Under the pieces are notes generated by a model. It saw only the letters and a list, made by a program, of their open reading frames with translations, did no database searches and was not told the DNA's origin. The translations under genes and the position numbers were made by a program. DNA of 63,481 nt, the filler included. It is 5 parts of 5 records of this genome, joined end to end, with 100 filler letters (N's around TTAATTAATTAA, not from the genome) between each part and the next. Parts side by side here need not be neighbours in the genome. Positions count along the whole stretch, not along the records: positions 1 to 26,856 come from DRR378314_131; 4 more parts are not named here. One strand, given 5' to 3'. Below are positions 9,373 to 21,200 of the stretch, piece after piece. The stretch's first letter is position 1, and each line of letters begins with the position of its first letter.

Positions 9373-10631
9373 GCCGGCTCTTGGGAGGCGCCGCCCTGAT
9401 CGCGGCGCTGGCTGTGGCGGTGCCCTGGCTGGCCGCCGCTGGCGCCGGTGACACCGCGTTCACGGACGCCGAGCGGGCCGCGGTGCGGGCGCTGGCGGTG
9501 CCGCCGGGCCATACCCCGCCGGAAGTTCCGGACCCGGCGCTGGCGGAGTTCGGCCAGCGCCTGTTCTTCGACCGCCGGCTGTCCGGGGACGGCCGCTTTT
9601 CCTGCGCCTCTTGCCACCAGCCGGAACGCGCCTTCACGGACGGCCTGGCCCTGCCGGAGGCGGCCGGACGCGGCCACCGCAATACTCCGACTCTGATCAA
9701 CGTGGCGGACAACCCCTGGTTTCAATGGGACGGCGCCGCCGACAGCCTCTGGTCGCAAATGCTTCTGGTGATTGAGAACCCTCGGGAGCTGGATAACGAC
9801 CGTCTGAACCTGGCGCATACGCTGTATCGAAATAAGGATTTGCGCGCCGCCTACCGGCGCCGCTTCGGCCCCCTGCCGCCGATGTCCGAGGGCGCGCGTT
9901 TCCCGGCCCACGGCTCGCCCCAGGCCGCATCGGACTCGCCCGAAGGCCGGGCCTGGCGGCGCATGGCGGCGGCGGACCAGGACGCGGTCAACCGGGTGAT
10001 GGCCAATCTGGGCGTGGCGCTGGCCGCCTGGCAGCGCCGGCTGGTGCGCTATGATTCGCCGTTCGATCGCTTCGCCGCCGCGCTCGCCGACAACCCGGAC
10101 CCGCCGCCGGACGACGCCTTCCCCGCCGCCGCCCGGCGCGGGCTCAAGCTGTTCGTCGGCGAGGCGCAATGCACGCTCTGCCACAGCGGCCCGGATTTCA
10201 GCAACCAGGCGTTCCACAACTTGGGCGTGCCGGTCACGGACCACCGGGACACCGGCCGGGAGCAGGGGCTGCGGCGACTCGCCGCGAGCCCGTTCAACGC
10301 CGCCGGGCCCTACGCGGGCGATGACGGCGACGCCGACCGTCTGCGTTTCCTGCCGCCGCCGGAAAGCCAGCGCGGCGCCTTCAAGACCCCCAGCCTGCGC
10401 AACGTGGCGCGCACCGCGCCGTATTTCCACGACGGGCGCTTCGCCACGCTGGAACAGGCGGTGCGGTTTTACCTGGAGCCACCGGACGGCGACACCCTGG
10501 GCAAGCGCGAAGACACCCTGGACCTGATCCCCGATCTCACCGACCGCCAGGTGGCGGACCTGGTCGCCTTCCTGAAAACCCTGAACAGCGCGCCGCTGCC
10601 CGAGGCCGTTACAGCGCCGCCGTCTCCTTAA
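9369..10631 (+). CDS. Di-heme bCcP/MauG-family enzyme (MauG-like Tyr ligand)
   Basis: LFFD.RLS..G..SCASCH, RNTPTL.N, QWDG, CTLCH, FKTPSLRNVARTAPYFHDG, LEQAVRFY; ATGA overlap with the upstream gene. Confidence 0.9.
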   Translation: MSRLLGGAALIAALAVAVPWLAAAGAGDTAFTDAERAAVRALAVPPGHTPPEVPDPALAEFGQRLFFDRRLSGDGRFSCASCHQPERAFTDGLALPEAAGRGHRNTPTLINVADNPWFQWDGAADSLWSQMLLVIENPRELDNDRLNLAHTLYRNKDLRAAYRRRFGPLPPMSEGARFPAHGSPQAASDSPEGRAWRRMAAADQDAVNRVMANLGVALAAWQRRLVRYDSPFDRFAAALADNPDPPPDDAFPAAARRGLKLFVGEAQCTLCHSGPDFSNQAFHNLGVPVTDHRDTGREQGLRRLAASPFNAAGPYAGDDGDADRLRFLPPPESQRGAFKTPSLRNVARTAPYFHDGRFATLEQAVRFYLEPPDGDTLGKREDTLDLIPDLTDRQVADLVAFLKTLNSAPLPEAVTAPPSP

Positions 10632-11517
10632 ACGCGGTAACCTCCGCCACCAGCCAGTCGCTGAACGCGCTCAGGCTGGGGTCTTCCGCTTTGCGCTCCG
10701 GCAATACCAGGTGGTAGGCCTTGGCGGTGCGGTAGCTGTGCTGAAACGGCACAACCAGCCGCCCGGCCTCCAGCTCCTGGCGGATCAGGAAGGGCGGAAT
10801 CAGCGCCACGCCCATGTCCTGCATGGCCGCCTCGGCGAGCATGGAGAACAGCTCGTAGCGCGGGCCGGCCATGTCCTGGTCCACCCGCAGGCCCAGCGAA
10901 TCAAACCATTCCCGCCAGGCGTAGGGGCGCGTAGTCTGTTGAAGCAGGGTCTGTTCGGCGAGCTGCTGCGGAGTGCGCACGCCGTTGGCGTTGAGCAGGC
11001 GCGGGCTGCACACCGGCACCGGCTCTTCGTGCATCAGCGCGGTGGTGCGGGTGCCGGGCCACTCGCCGTCGCCGAAGTAGATGGCGGCGTCGAATTCGGT
11101 GTCCGCGAACAGGAACGGCCGGGTGCGGTTGGTCAGGTTCACGGTGATGCCCGGGTGGGCGTCGTGGAAGCCGCGCAGTCGAGGCAGCAGCCAGCGGGTG
11201 GCGAAGGTGGGCACCACCGCCAGTTCCAGGGTCTGCCCGGGGCCGTGCTGGCCCATCACCGCCAGGGTGTCGCGCTCCAGATCGTCCAGGCGCGCGGTGA
11301 CCCGGCGGCTGTAGGTGCGGCCGGCCTCGGTGAGCTGCACGCCGCGCCGGGTGCGCCGGAACAGCTTCACGCCCAGGAAGTCCTCCAGGTTGGCGATCTG
11401 CCGGCAGATGGCGCTCTGGGTCAGGGCCAGCTCTTCCGCCGCCTTGGTGAAACTCTGGTGGCGGGCGGCGGCCTCGAAGCCGACCAGGGCGGTGGTGGCG
11501 GGGATTTTTCGGCGCAT
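10609..11517 (-). CDS. gcdR: LysR-family regulator (GcdR/GcvA type)
   Basis: FEAAARHQSFTKAAEELALTQSAI HTH; divergent from glutaryl-CoA dehydrogenase; 3' end overlaps the di-heme gene by 23 bp. Confidence 0.85.
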   Translation of the reverse strand: MRRKIPATTALVGFEAAARHQSFTKAAEELALTQSAICRQIANLEDFLGVKLFRRTRRGVQLTEAGRTYSRRVTARLDDLERDTLAVMGQHGPGQTLELAVVPTFATRWLLPRLRGFHDAHPGITVNLTNRTRPFLFADTEFDAAIYFGDGEWPGTRTTALMHEEPVPVCSPRLLNANGVRTPQQLAEQTLLQQTTRPYAWREWFDSLGLRVDQDMAGPRYELFSMLAEAAMQDMGVALIPPFLIRQELEAGRLVVPFQHSYRTAKAYHLVLPERKAEDPSLSAFSDWLVAEVTAFKETAAL

Positions 11518-11694
11518 GATTCACTCGCTTGGTATCAACAAGTGACAAAATAGCACAGGTTGGTGCAATTTTATCGTTTGAAAGCGGTGCGCCGTTCTCC
11601 CTAGGATGACGCCCAAATCCAATAATGACACCGGTTTGCGGCGCCCCGGGGCGTGACAGGCCGACTTTGGTTCGGAATGAAGAGGACGAATTCC

Positions 11695-12878
<1,184 letters not shown>

Positions 12879-12882
<4 letters not shown>

Positions 12883-14126
12883 CCGGGACGCAAACGGGCG
12901 CCGCCAAGGGCGCCCTGGACGGCCTCCGCGTCCTGGATTTGTCGCGGGTGCTGGCCGGCCCCTGGGCCGGTCAGATCCTCGGCGATCTGGGCGCCGAAGT
13001 GATTAAAGTCGAGCGCCCCGGCCGGGGCGACGACACCCGCGCCTGGGGCCCGCCCTATCTCAACGACGGCCAGGGCGCGCCCACCTCCGAATCCGCCTAC
13101 TACCTGAGCGCCAACCGCAACAAGCAGTCGGTCACCATCGACATCACCCGCCCGGAAGGCCAGCGGCTGGTGAAAGAGCTGGTGGCGGAAAGCGACGTGC
13201 TGCTGGAAAACTTCAAGGTCGGTGGCCTCAAGCGCTATGGCCTGGACTATGCGTCCCTGGCGGCGATCAATCCGCGTCTGATCTACTGTTCGATCACCGG
13301 CTTCGGCCAGGACGGGCCCTACGCGGAGCGGCCCGGTTACGATTTCCTGATCCAGGGCCTGGGCGGCCTGATGAGCATCACCGGCCAGCCGGACGGCGAA
13401 CCCGGCGGCGGTCCGGTGAAAGCCGGCGTCGCCCTCACCGACATCACCACCGGGCTGTACGCGGCCATCGCGGTGCTGGCGGCGGTGAACCATCGCCATC
13501 AATCCGGCCAGGGCCAGCACATCGACATGGCCCTGCTGGACGTGCAGGTGGCCACCCTGGCCAACCAGGCGATGAACTTCCTCACCAGCGGCACCGCCCC
13601 CGGGCGCATGGGCAACGCCCACCCCAACATCGTGCCCTACCAGACGTTCCCCGCCGCCGACGGCGACATCATTCTCACCATCGGCAACGACGGCCAGTTC
13701 GCCCGCTTCTGTGAAGTCGCCGGCCGCCCGGAGTGGGCCAGCGACGAGCGCTACGCCACCAACGCCGCCCGGGTCGCCAACCGCGATTCGCTGATTCCGG
13801 CCCTGCGCCAGACCACGGTGATGAAGACCACCGCCGAGTGGCTGCGCCTGCTTGAGGAAGCCGGCGTGCCCGGCGGCCCGGTGAACACCATCGAGCAGGT
13901 CTTTCAGGACCCGCAGGTGCAACACCGGGGGCTGCGCATCGATCTGTCTCACCCGCTGACGAAAAGCGTGCCCCTGGTGGGCAGCCCCCTGCGCCTGTCC
14001 GGCTCGCCGGTGCGTTACGCCAGTGCGCCGCCGCTGCTCGGCGAGCACACCGGCGACGTGCTGAGCCAGGTGCTGGGCCTGGACGCGGCCGCCATCGAAC
14101 AGCTGCGGCGCGACGGCGTTATCTGA
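12879..14126 (+). CDS. CaiB/BaiF family III CoA transferase (likely glutarate CoA-transferase)
   Basis: [31 protein letters not shown] in [12 protein letters not shown] overlap with gcdH; true start 12879. Confidence 0.92.
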
Positions 14127-14175
14127 CCGGAACGGACTGATTGGAGCGGGCACTGTCCATTGGTATGCTAGCCAA

Positions 14176-15813
14176 ATGGACAGTGCCCCGATCGCCAACG
14201 TCACTCTGGACGACCCGTTTTACTACCTGCACCACTTCCAGGAAGTGCTGAGCTGGGTGGCGTCGCGCCATGGCGATCTGCTGAACGACGACGAGCTGGC
14301 CTTCGTGTCGGCGTTTGGCGCACTGCCCCGGCCGGCCCGGGCGCTGCTGGTGCGCATGGTGATGCGCAAGGGCGAACACTTCCGGGCGGATAAACTGGTC
14401 TACCCGGAGATCGGCGACACCCTCAGCGCCGCCGCGCCGCTGATCGATCACGGCTGGCTGGACCCGGCCCCGACGCTCGACCTGCCGACCCTGTTCCGGC
14501 TGTTCACCAAGGCGGAACTGCGCCACCTGTTGCGTGAGCCGTTGGCCGCCGCCGGGGTGCCGGCCTCGGCCCGCAAGGCGGACTGGCTGGAAGCGCTGTC
14601 CGAACTCGAAGACGTTCACCAGGCGCCTTCGGACACGCCGGTGTACCACCTCACCCTGATGCCCCTGTGCGACCGCTTCCGGCTGATGTTCTTCGGCAAT
14701 CTCTATCAGGACTGGTCCGAGTTCGTGCTCAGCGACCTGGGCACCTTCCAGTACGAGCCGGTGAGTTTCAGCCAGAGCGTGCGGCCGTTTCAGAGCCGGC
14801 GGGACGTGGACGCCTACCTGCACCTGAACGCCTGCCGGGACCGGTTCCAGGTGGGCGACGCCCTGGAGGAGGTGGAAGCGGCGCTGCCGCCGGCGCCGGA
14901 TAGCCCTTGGGCCCGGGAGCGCTGGGACCGGCTGTGTTTCAAGCTGGCGCGGGAGTGGGAGCGGGCCGGGGAACTGGAACGGGCCGGTGCGCTGTATAGT
15001 GATTGCCGCCATCCTGGTGCCCGGGGCCGGCAACTGCGGGTGCTGGAGCGCCGGGAACAGTATGACGCCGCCCTGACCTTGGCCCGGGAAGCGGACCAGG
15101 CCCCGGAAAGCGAAGCGGAGCGCCAGCAACTGCGGCGCCTGCTGCCCCGGCTGCACCGCAAGCTGGGCCTGCCCCGGCCAACCCCGGCGGCGCCGGCCCG
15201 GCCCGAGGTGCTGCACCTGTCGCTGCCGCCGGCGGCCAGCGTGGAGCAGGCGGCGGCCCAGGCCCTGGCCACTACCGAAGCGCCGGTCTATTACGTGGAA
15301 AACAGCCTGCTCCCGGGTCTGTTCGGGCTGCTGTTCTGGGACGCGATCTTCGCGCCCGTGCCCGGCGCCTTCTTCCATCCGTTCCAGAGCGGCCCGGCGG
15401 ATTTGCACCACCCGGAGTTTCGCCACCGCCGCCGCGACGAATTCGACGCCGGCTTCCAGACCTTGGCGGACGGCGAGCACCGGGCGCGGATCCTGGCCCG
15501 CTACCGGGAAAAGTTCGGTCGCCTGTCGCCGTTCGTGCACTGGGGCCGGCTCTCCGAAGCGCTGCTGGAACAGGCGCTGGATTGCCTGCCCGCCGACCAC
15601 CTTGCCCTGTGCTTTGAACGGTTGCTGGCGGACATTGCCGCCAACCGCGCCGGCCTGCCGGACCTGATTCAGTTCTGGCCGGCTCAGGGCCGCTACCGGA
15701 TGGTGGAAGTCAAAGGCCCCGGCGACCGGCTCCAGGACAACCAGCGCCGCTGGCTGGATTTTTTCATCGCCCGCGACCTGCCGGTGGCGGTCTGCCAGGT
15801 GACGTGGCGATGA
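14176..15813 (+). CDS. VRR-NUC domain nuclease (bacterial FAN1-like)
   Basis: YYL..F N-terminus, LMFFGN..QD.SEFVL.DLG, C-terminal GLPDL...VEVKGPGDRLQDNQ..W. Confidence 0.92.
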   Translation: MDSAPIANVTLDDPFYYLHHFQEVLSWVASRHGDLLNDDELAFVSAFGALPRPARALLVRMVMRKGEHFRADKLVYPEIGDTLSAAAPLIDHGWLDPAPTLDLPTLFRLFTKAELRHLLREPLAAAGVPASARKADWLEALSELEDVHQAPSDTPVYHLTLMPLCDRFRLMFFGNLYQDWSEFVLSDLGTFQYEPVSFSQSVRPFQSRRDVDAYLHLNACRDRFQVGDALEEVEAALPPAPDSPWARERWDRLCFKLAREWERAGELERAGALYSDCRHPGARGRQLRVLERREQYDAALTLAREADQAPESEAERQQLRRLLPRLHRKLGLPRPTPAAPARPEVLHLSLPPAASVEQAAAQALATTEAPVYYVENSLLPGLFGLLFWDAIFAPVPGAFFHPFQSGPADLHHPEFRHRRRDEFDAGFQTLADGEHRARILARYREKFGRLSPFVHWGRLSEALLEQALDCLPADHLALCFERLLADIAANRAGLPDLIQFWPAQGRYRMVEVKGPGDRLQDNQRRWLDFFIARDLPVAVCQVTWR

Positions 15814-18095
15814 CCGACGCCATCGGGACGCCCAACACCTACACTGTGGCGGTGCGCGCCCTGTGCGAGTTCACCGCCAAGGCCGGCGACCTGGACCTGC
15901 GGTTCACGCCGTCGCCCACCGCCCAGGAAGGCATCGCCGGCCACGCCGTGGTGGCCGGTCGCCGGGGCGAGGGTTACGAAAACGAGGTCGCGTTGAGTGG
16001 CGAGTTCAAACACCTGAAAGTGCGCGGTCGTGCCGACGGCTACGACCCCAAGCACAACCGTCTGGAAGAGGTGAAAACCTTCCGCGGCGACCTGGACCTG
16101 ATGCCCGCCAACCACCGCGCCCTGCACTGGGCCCAGGCGAAAATCTACGGCTGGCTGCTGTGCGCCGAGCGGGGGCTGGACGAACTGGAACTGGCGCTGG
16201 TTTATTTCGACATCGTCAAACAGAAAGAAACCCCGCTGCGCGAAACCCACAGCGCGGAAGACCTGCGCGCCTTCTTTGAAACCCAGTGCGAGATATTCAT
16301 TCACTGGGCCGACCAGGAACTGGCGCACCGCGAGGCCCGCGATCAGGCCCTAACCGGCCTGGCGTTTCCCCACGAACGCTTCCGGCCCGGGCAACGGGAA
16401 CTGGCGGAAGCGGTGTATAAAAGCGCCAGCACCGGCCGCTGCCTGCTCACCGAAGCGCCCACCGGCATCGGCAAGACCGTCGGCACCCTGTTCCCGCTGC
16501 TCAAAGCCATGCCCGGCCAGAAACTGGATAAAATCTTTTTTCTCAGCGCCAAAACCCCGGGCCGCAAGCTGGCACTGGACGCGCTGGAAACCCTGGACCC
16601 GGCGCCCCTGCGCACGCTGGAACTGGTGGCCCGCGACAAAAGCTGCGAACACCCGGACAAAGCCTGCCACGGCGAATCCTGCCCGCTGGCGCAGGGGTTC
16701 TATGACCGGCTTCCCGCCGCCCGCGCCGCCGCCGCCAAAGAAACCCGGCTGACCCAGGGGCGCCTGCGCGAACTGGCCCTCGAACACAGCGTCTGCCCCT
16801 ACTACCTGAGCCAGGAAATGGCCCGCTGGAGCGACCTGGTGGTGGGCGACTACAACTACTACTTCGACCTCAGCGCGCTGCTGCACGGCCTCACCACCAG
16901 CAACCAATGGCGCGTCGCCGTGCTCGCCGACGAAGCGCACAACCTGGTGGAGCGGGGCCGGGGCATGTACTCCGCCGAGCTGGATCAGGGCGCTTTCCGC
17001 GCGGTGAAGAAACAAGCGCCGGTGGCGCTAAAAAAAGCCTTCGAAAAACTGCACCGGCAATGGAACAGCCTTAACCGGGACAGCGAAGTCGAGGACCCGC
17101 ACGCCGATTACCAGGTACAGCCGGAACTGCCCATCGCCTTCCTGAACACGCTGCAAAGCACCGCCGCCGCCATCACCGACTACCTCGCCGAACAACCCTT
17201 CGCCCTGGACAGCGACCTCACCCGCTTCTATTTCGACGCGCTGCACTTTTTACGGGTGGCTGAACTGTTCGACGACGATGCCTTTCTGTTCGACATCACC
17301 TGGCACCAAAGCCTGAAAGGCCGCCGCGCCAGCCGTCTCTGTTTGCGCAACGTGGTCCCCGCCGCGCTGCTGCGCCCGCGCTTTGAAAGCACCCGCAGCA
17401 CGGTGCTGTTCTCCGCCACCCTGCGCCCGCCGCGTTACTACGCTGATCTGCTCGGCCTGCCGGACAACACTGCCTGGAGCGAAGTGGCGTCGCCGTTCCA
17501 GGCCGATCAGTTGCAAGTGCGCGTGGCGCGCCGTATCTCCACCCGCTTTCGCGACCGCCCGGCCTCGCTGATCCCCATCGCCGACCTGATCGCCGATCAA
17601 TACCAGCAACGGCCCGGCAACTACCTGGCCTTCTTCAGCAGCTACGACTACCTGGACCAGGCCCTCGCCACCCTGCGCCAGCGCCACCCGGACCTCACCG
17701 TCTGGGCCCAGGACCGGCGCATGGACGAAGCCGCCCGCGACGCCTTCCTGGAACGCTTCCAGGCCCACAGCCAGGGCATCGGCTTTGCCGTGCTCGGCGG
17801 CGCCTTCGCCGAAGGCATAGACCTGCCCGGCGCCCGCCTGATCGGCGCCTTCGTCGCCACCCTCGGCCTGCCGCAAATGAACCCGGTCAACGAGCAGTTC
17901 AAACAACGCATGGCGGCCCTGTTCGGCGACGGCTACGACTACACCTACCTCTACCCCGGCCTGCAGAAAGTGGTGCAGGCCGCCGGCCGCGTGATCCGCA
18001 CCGAAACCGACCGGGGCGTGGTGCACCTGATCGACGACCGTTTCGCACGCGGCGAAGTGAAGGCGTTGCTGCCGGTGTGGTGGACGGTGCAGTAA
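15810..18095 (+). CDS. XPD/DinG-like Fe-S DNA helicase with N-terminal PD-(D/E)xK nuclease-like domain
   Basis: GRADG..LEEVKT nuclease motif; APTGIGKT; four Cys (SC...C..C...CPYY); DEAHNL; FSATL; EGIDL; QAAGRVIR; ATGA overlap. Confidence 0.92.
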   Translation: MTDAIGTPNTYTVAVRALCEFTAKAGDLDLRFTPSPTAQEGIAGHAVVAGRRGEGYENEVALSGEFKHLKVRGRADGYDPKHNRLEEVKTFRGDLDLMPANHRALHWAQAKIYGWLLCAERGLDELELALVYFDIVKQKETPLRETHSAEDLRAFFETQCEIFIHWADQELAHREARDQALTGLAFPHERFRPGQRELAEAVYKSASTGRCLLTEAPTGIGKTVGTLFPLLKAMPGQKLDKIFFLSAKTPGRKLALDALETLDPAPLRTLELVARDKSCEHPDKACHGESCPLAQGFYDRLPAARAAAAKETRLTQGRLRELALEHSVCPYYLSQEMARWSDLVVGDYNYYFDLSALLHGLTTSNQWRVAVLADEAHNLVERGRGMYSAELDQGAFRAVKKQAPVALKKAFEKLHRQWNSLNRDSEVEDPHADYQVQPELPIAFLNTLQSTAAAITDYLAEQPFALDSDLTRFYFDALHFLRVAELFDDDAFLFDITWHQSLKGRRASRLCLRNVVPAALLRPRFESTRSTVLFSATLRPPRYYADLLGLPDNTAWSEVASPFQADQLQVRVARRISTRFRDRPASLIPIADLIADQYQQRPGNYLAFFSSYDYLDQALATLRQRHPDLTVWAQDRRMDEAARDAFLERFQAHSQGIGFAVLGGAFAEGIDLPGARLIGAFVATLGLPQMNPVNEQFKQRMAALFGDGYDYTYLYPGLQKVVQAAGRVIRTETDRGVVHLIDDRFARGEVKALLPVWWTVQ

Positions 18096-18152
18096 CCCGC
18101 TGCCAGAGCATTCTGGAACCGAGTTCACACTTCGTTGCCGACTGGCTGATTT

Positions 18153-18169
18153 CTTACAGCCGGTGTAAG
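18153..18169. promoter_or_regulatory. Inverted repeat CTTACA-N5-TGTAAG, possible operator
   Basis: Perfect 6-bp arms about 115 bp upstream of the 2076-aa gene in an AT-richer intergenic region. Confidence 0.35.
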
Positions 18170-18282
18170 CGATCTCTTATGCATCTTGTTGGTTAGCTTT
18201 GCTAGTTTTGGCGGCTCTAGGTTTGCCGCTCTCGGTCCGTGGGGGATCAAAAGCGCAAGGAATAGCAATTTGGGGGTAGGGC

Positions 18283-21200
18283 ATGGAGACGCCTTTTGCC
18301 GGACCTGGCTTCCGGTTTCGTGTTGTGTTTTTTCTTTTTGCCGTCCTGATGACGGTAGCAACGTCATCACCGGCGCACGCTGGTCTGGCGGAAGGCCGCA
18401 GCTGGCTGGCCAGTCAGGTCACCGACAATGGCGGCATGGCCGGAGACGCCAGCCTGGCTATCGGTTTTCAGGCCACCTCGGAGGCGGTGGCACTGTGGCG
18501 CGCGGCGGAATGGTCCGGCGGTGCGCTAATCGATGGCCTTCCGGCCTATCTGCAAACCGCGGAAGCGGACGCCAGCACGGAAAATCTGGCGCGGCGTTTG
18601 TTCATGGGGCTCGCTGCCAACGGTGTCGATGGCGACCTTCGTGATCGACTGCTGCGCCGCAAGGGCGAGCGTTCCGGGTTCGGTGCCTTCCCGGGCTACC
18701 AGCCCGATCCGCTTAGCACGGCGTTCGCTCTCGCCGCGCTGCGGCAGTACAACATCACCGGTGAGCCGGCGGCCCAGGCCATCGGTTTTCTGCTTGATAG
18801 CCAGAACGAAGACGGTGGCTGGGGCCTGGACGGGGAAAGCTCCCAGGTCCAGACCAGTGCCCTGGTAATGCAATCGCTGTGGGAGTTCCGGCGTGACTTC
18901 AATATCGCCGGCGCGCTTTCCGAGGCGCGTGGGTTCTTAAGCAACCGTCTGGCCAACGGCGCCGTGACCGACACGGAGAGCCTGGCCCTAGTACTGATTC
19001 CGCTACTGAACGAAGCGGTGGACCGGTCCCCTTACGATGACTGGGTGGCGGAACTGACGAGCCGGCAGAACCCCGCCGGCGACTTTGAGAGTGACACCTA
19101 CATCACGGCTCTGGCGCTTCGGGCACTGGCCTTGTCGGCGCAACCGCCGGCGGATCTCACGGTGCTGAACGGCACGATTGTCGACGCGGACAGCGGCCAG
19201 CCCTTGCCCGATGCGCTGATCGCCTTGCAAGGTCCACAGGACATCGACGCGCGCAGCGACCAGGCGGGCGCCTTTCGTTTTACCGATCTTCAGCGCGGCC
19301 ATTACCGCGTAGAAATATCCCGTTCCGGCTATCGCACGCTGATTCTTAACACCGTGTTGGAGACCGGTGACAAGCGTGACCTTGGCGAGATCCGACTGGA
19401 TGTGCGTGCCACCGACCCGGACACCGGCGAGCCGGTGACCACCGGGCTGATACGCGGGCAGGTTACCGACCGCCGCAGTGGCGCGCCGCTGTCCGGGGCA
19501 ACCATTGCTCTGGCCGGTGGCACGTCGGTGATTACCGGCGCGGATGGACGCTATTTGCTGGACGAGGTCGCCGCCGGAAGCGTTGCGGTGTCCGCCTCGG
19601 CGCCGGGTTACGGGCAGGCCCAGGGCCAGGCCGAGGTGGTGGCCGGCCAGACACTGATTTTTTCCCCGGCTCTGGATCCCCAGCCGGACGGTGATGTGAC
19701 CCTGTCCGGTACGGTGACCGCGCAAGAGGGCGGTGAGCCTGTCGCCGGGGCGATGGTAACGGCTCAGGTCGGTAACGAGAGCAAAAGCGCCACCACCGGC
19801 GCCGACGGCTTCTATCAGCTGGACGAACTGAACGACGGCGAACTGACAGTGACGGTCAGCGCCGGTGGCTTTGAGCCGGCATCCGGCGTGGCGCAGGCCT
19901 CACCGGGCGCCGACATCACTTTTTCTCCGCGCCTCGTCGAGGAAGGCGCCCCCGGCGGCGAACAGCCCGGCGGCTTTACCGGCACGGTGGTGGACGCCAT
20001 CACCGGGCGCGGCATCGAAGGCGCCCGGGTGCTGGTGGAAGGCGACAGCTATCAGGAAGAAAGCCTGACCGACCAGGACGGTGGCTTCCAGGTTGCAGGG
20101 CTGCCGAGCGGTGACGTGAGTTTGGAAGTCAGCATGGATGGCTACCTGCCACTGACCGGATCCGGTGCGGTGGAGGCCGGCTTCATCAATGATCTGGGTG
20201 AAGTGGCCATCACGCCTCGGGACGAAGCGATGAACAGCGTGACCGGCCGTGTGGTGGACGTGCGCACCGGTGATCCGCTTCAAGGCGTGCTGGTGCAGGT
20301 CGGGCCGCCGGGGAGTGCCACCGTGAACGGCGAAGGGCTCACCGGCCAGGACGGTGCGTTCGAGGTGCCGGGACTGCTGCTCGCGGATTATGAAATCCGC
20401 TTCTCCCTGGATGACTATCAGGACAAGGCGTTCCCACTGGTGATGACCACCGGCGGCACGCTTGATCTGGGTGAAATCCGCATGCGTCATCCCGGCGTCG
20501 ACGCGCTGCTTCCGGATCTTGCCGTACAGGGCCTGGATACCGCCGCGCTGACCTCGAATCAAGCCACCTTCGCCGCCGGCGGTGCGCTGGGCGTCACGCT
20601 GATTAACCGGGGTAACAGCGATCTTACCCAACCGTTCGAGGTGATCGCGTTCAGTGATCTGGATGGCGACGGCGTCTGGGGTGTCGATAACGAGCCCGTA
20701 CTGGGCAGTCTTTCCATCACTGAAGCGGTGGAAGTGGATACTACACTGGATCTGGAACTGGCCATCGAGGGGGATCTGCCGTTCCGGGACGCGCCGATTT
20801 CGGTGATGCTGGATTCAGAGCAATCGATCACCGAGCTTTCCGAAAGCAATAACCTGGAGAGCACCGCCGGCGAGTGCGTGAACAATCAGAAGCCCTATCT
20901 GGACCTGGGGCTGTGCATGGATTCCTCCGGCAGCGTCAGCCGTTCGGAGTTCCAGCTGCAGCTCGAGGGCACCGCGCGGGCCATCGAAGACGCGGATATT
21001 GTGCCCCGGGATGGCAGTGTGCGGGTGTCGGTGACGCAGTTCGCCAGCGGCGCCTATGTGGAATTGGATCCGGTCATTGTTGAAGAAGACAACGTCGCTG
21101 AAGTGGGCGATGCGATCCGCGCGATCAACAAGCGCGGCGGCGGGACCAGCATCCACAGCTGTATCGATCGTGCTTCGGACCTGATTACCAACGCGAGCCC

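Noticed and set aside
15810-16330. Cas4/CasDinG-like CRISPR gene
   Set aside because: No array or other cas genes; the context is the FAN1-helicase repair pair
18190-18235. ops/JUMPstart element before the giant operon
   Set aside because: GGCGGCTCTAG does not match the GGCGGTAG consensus
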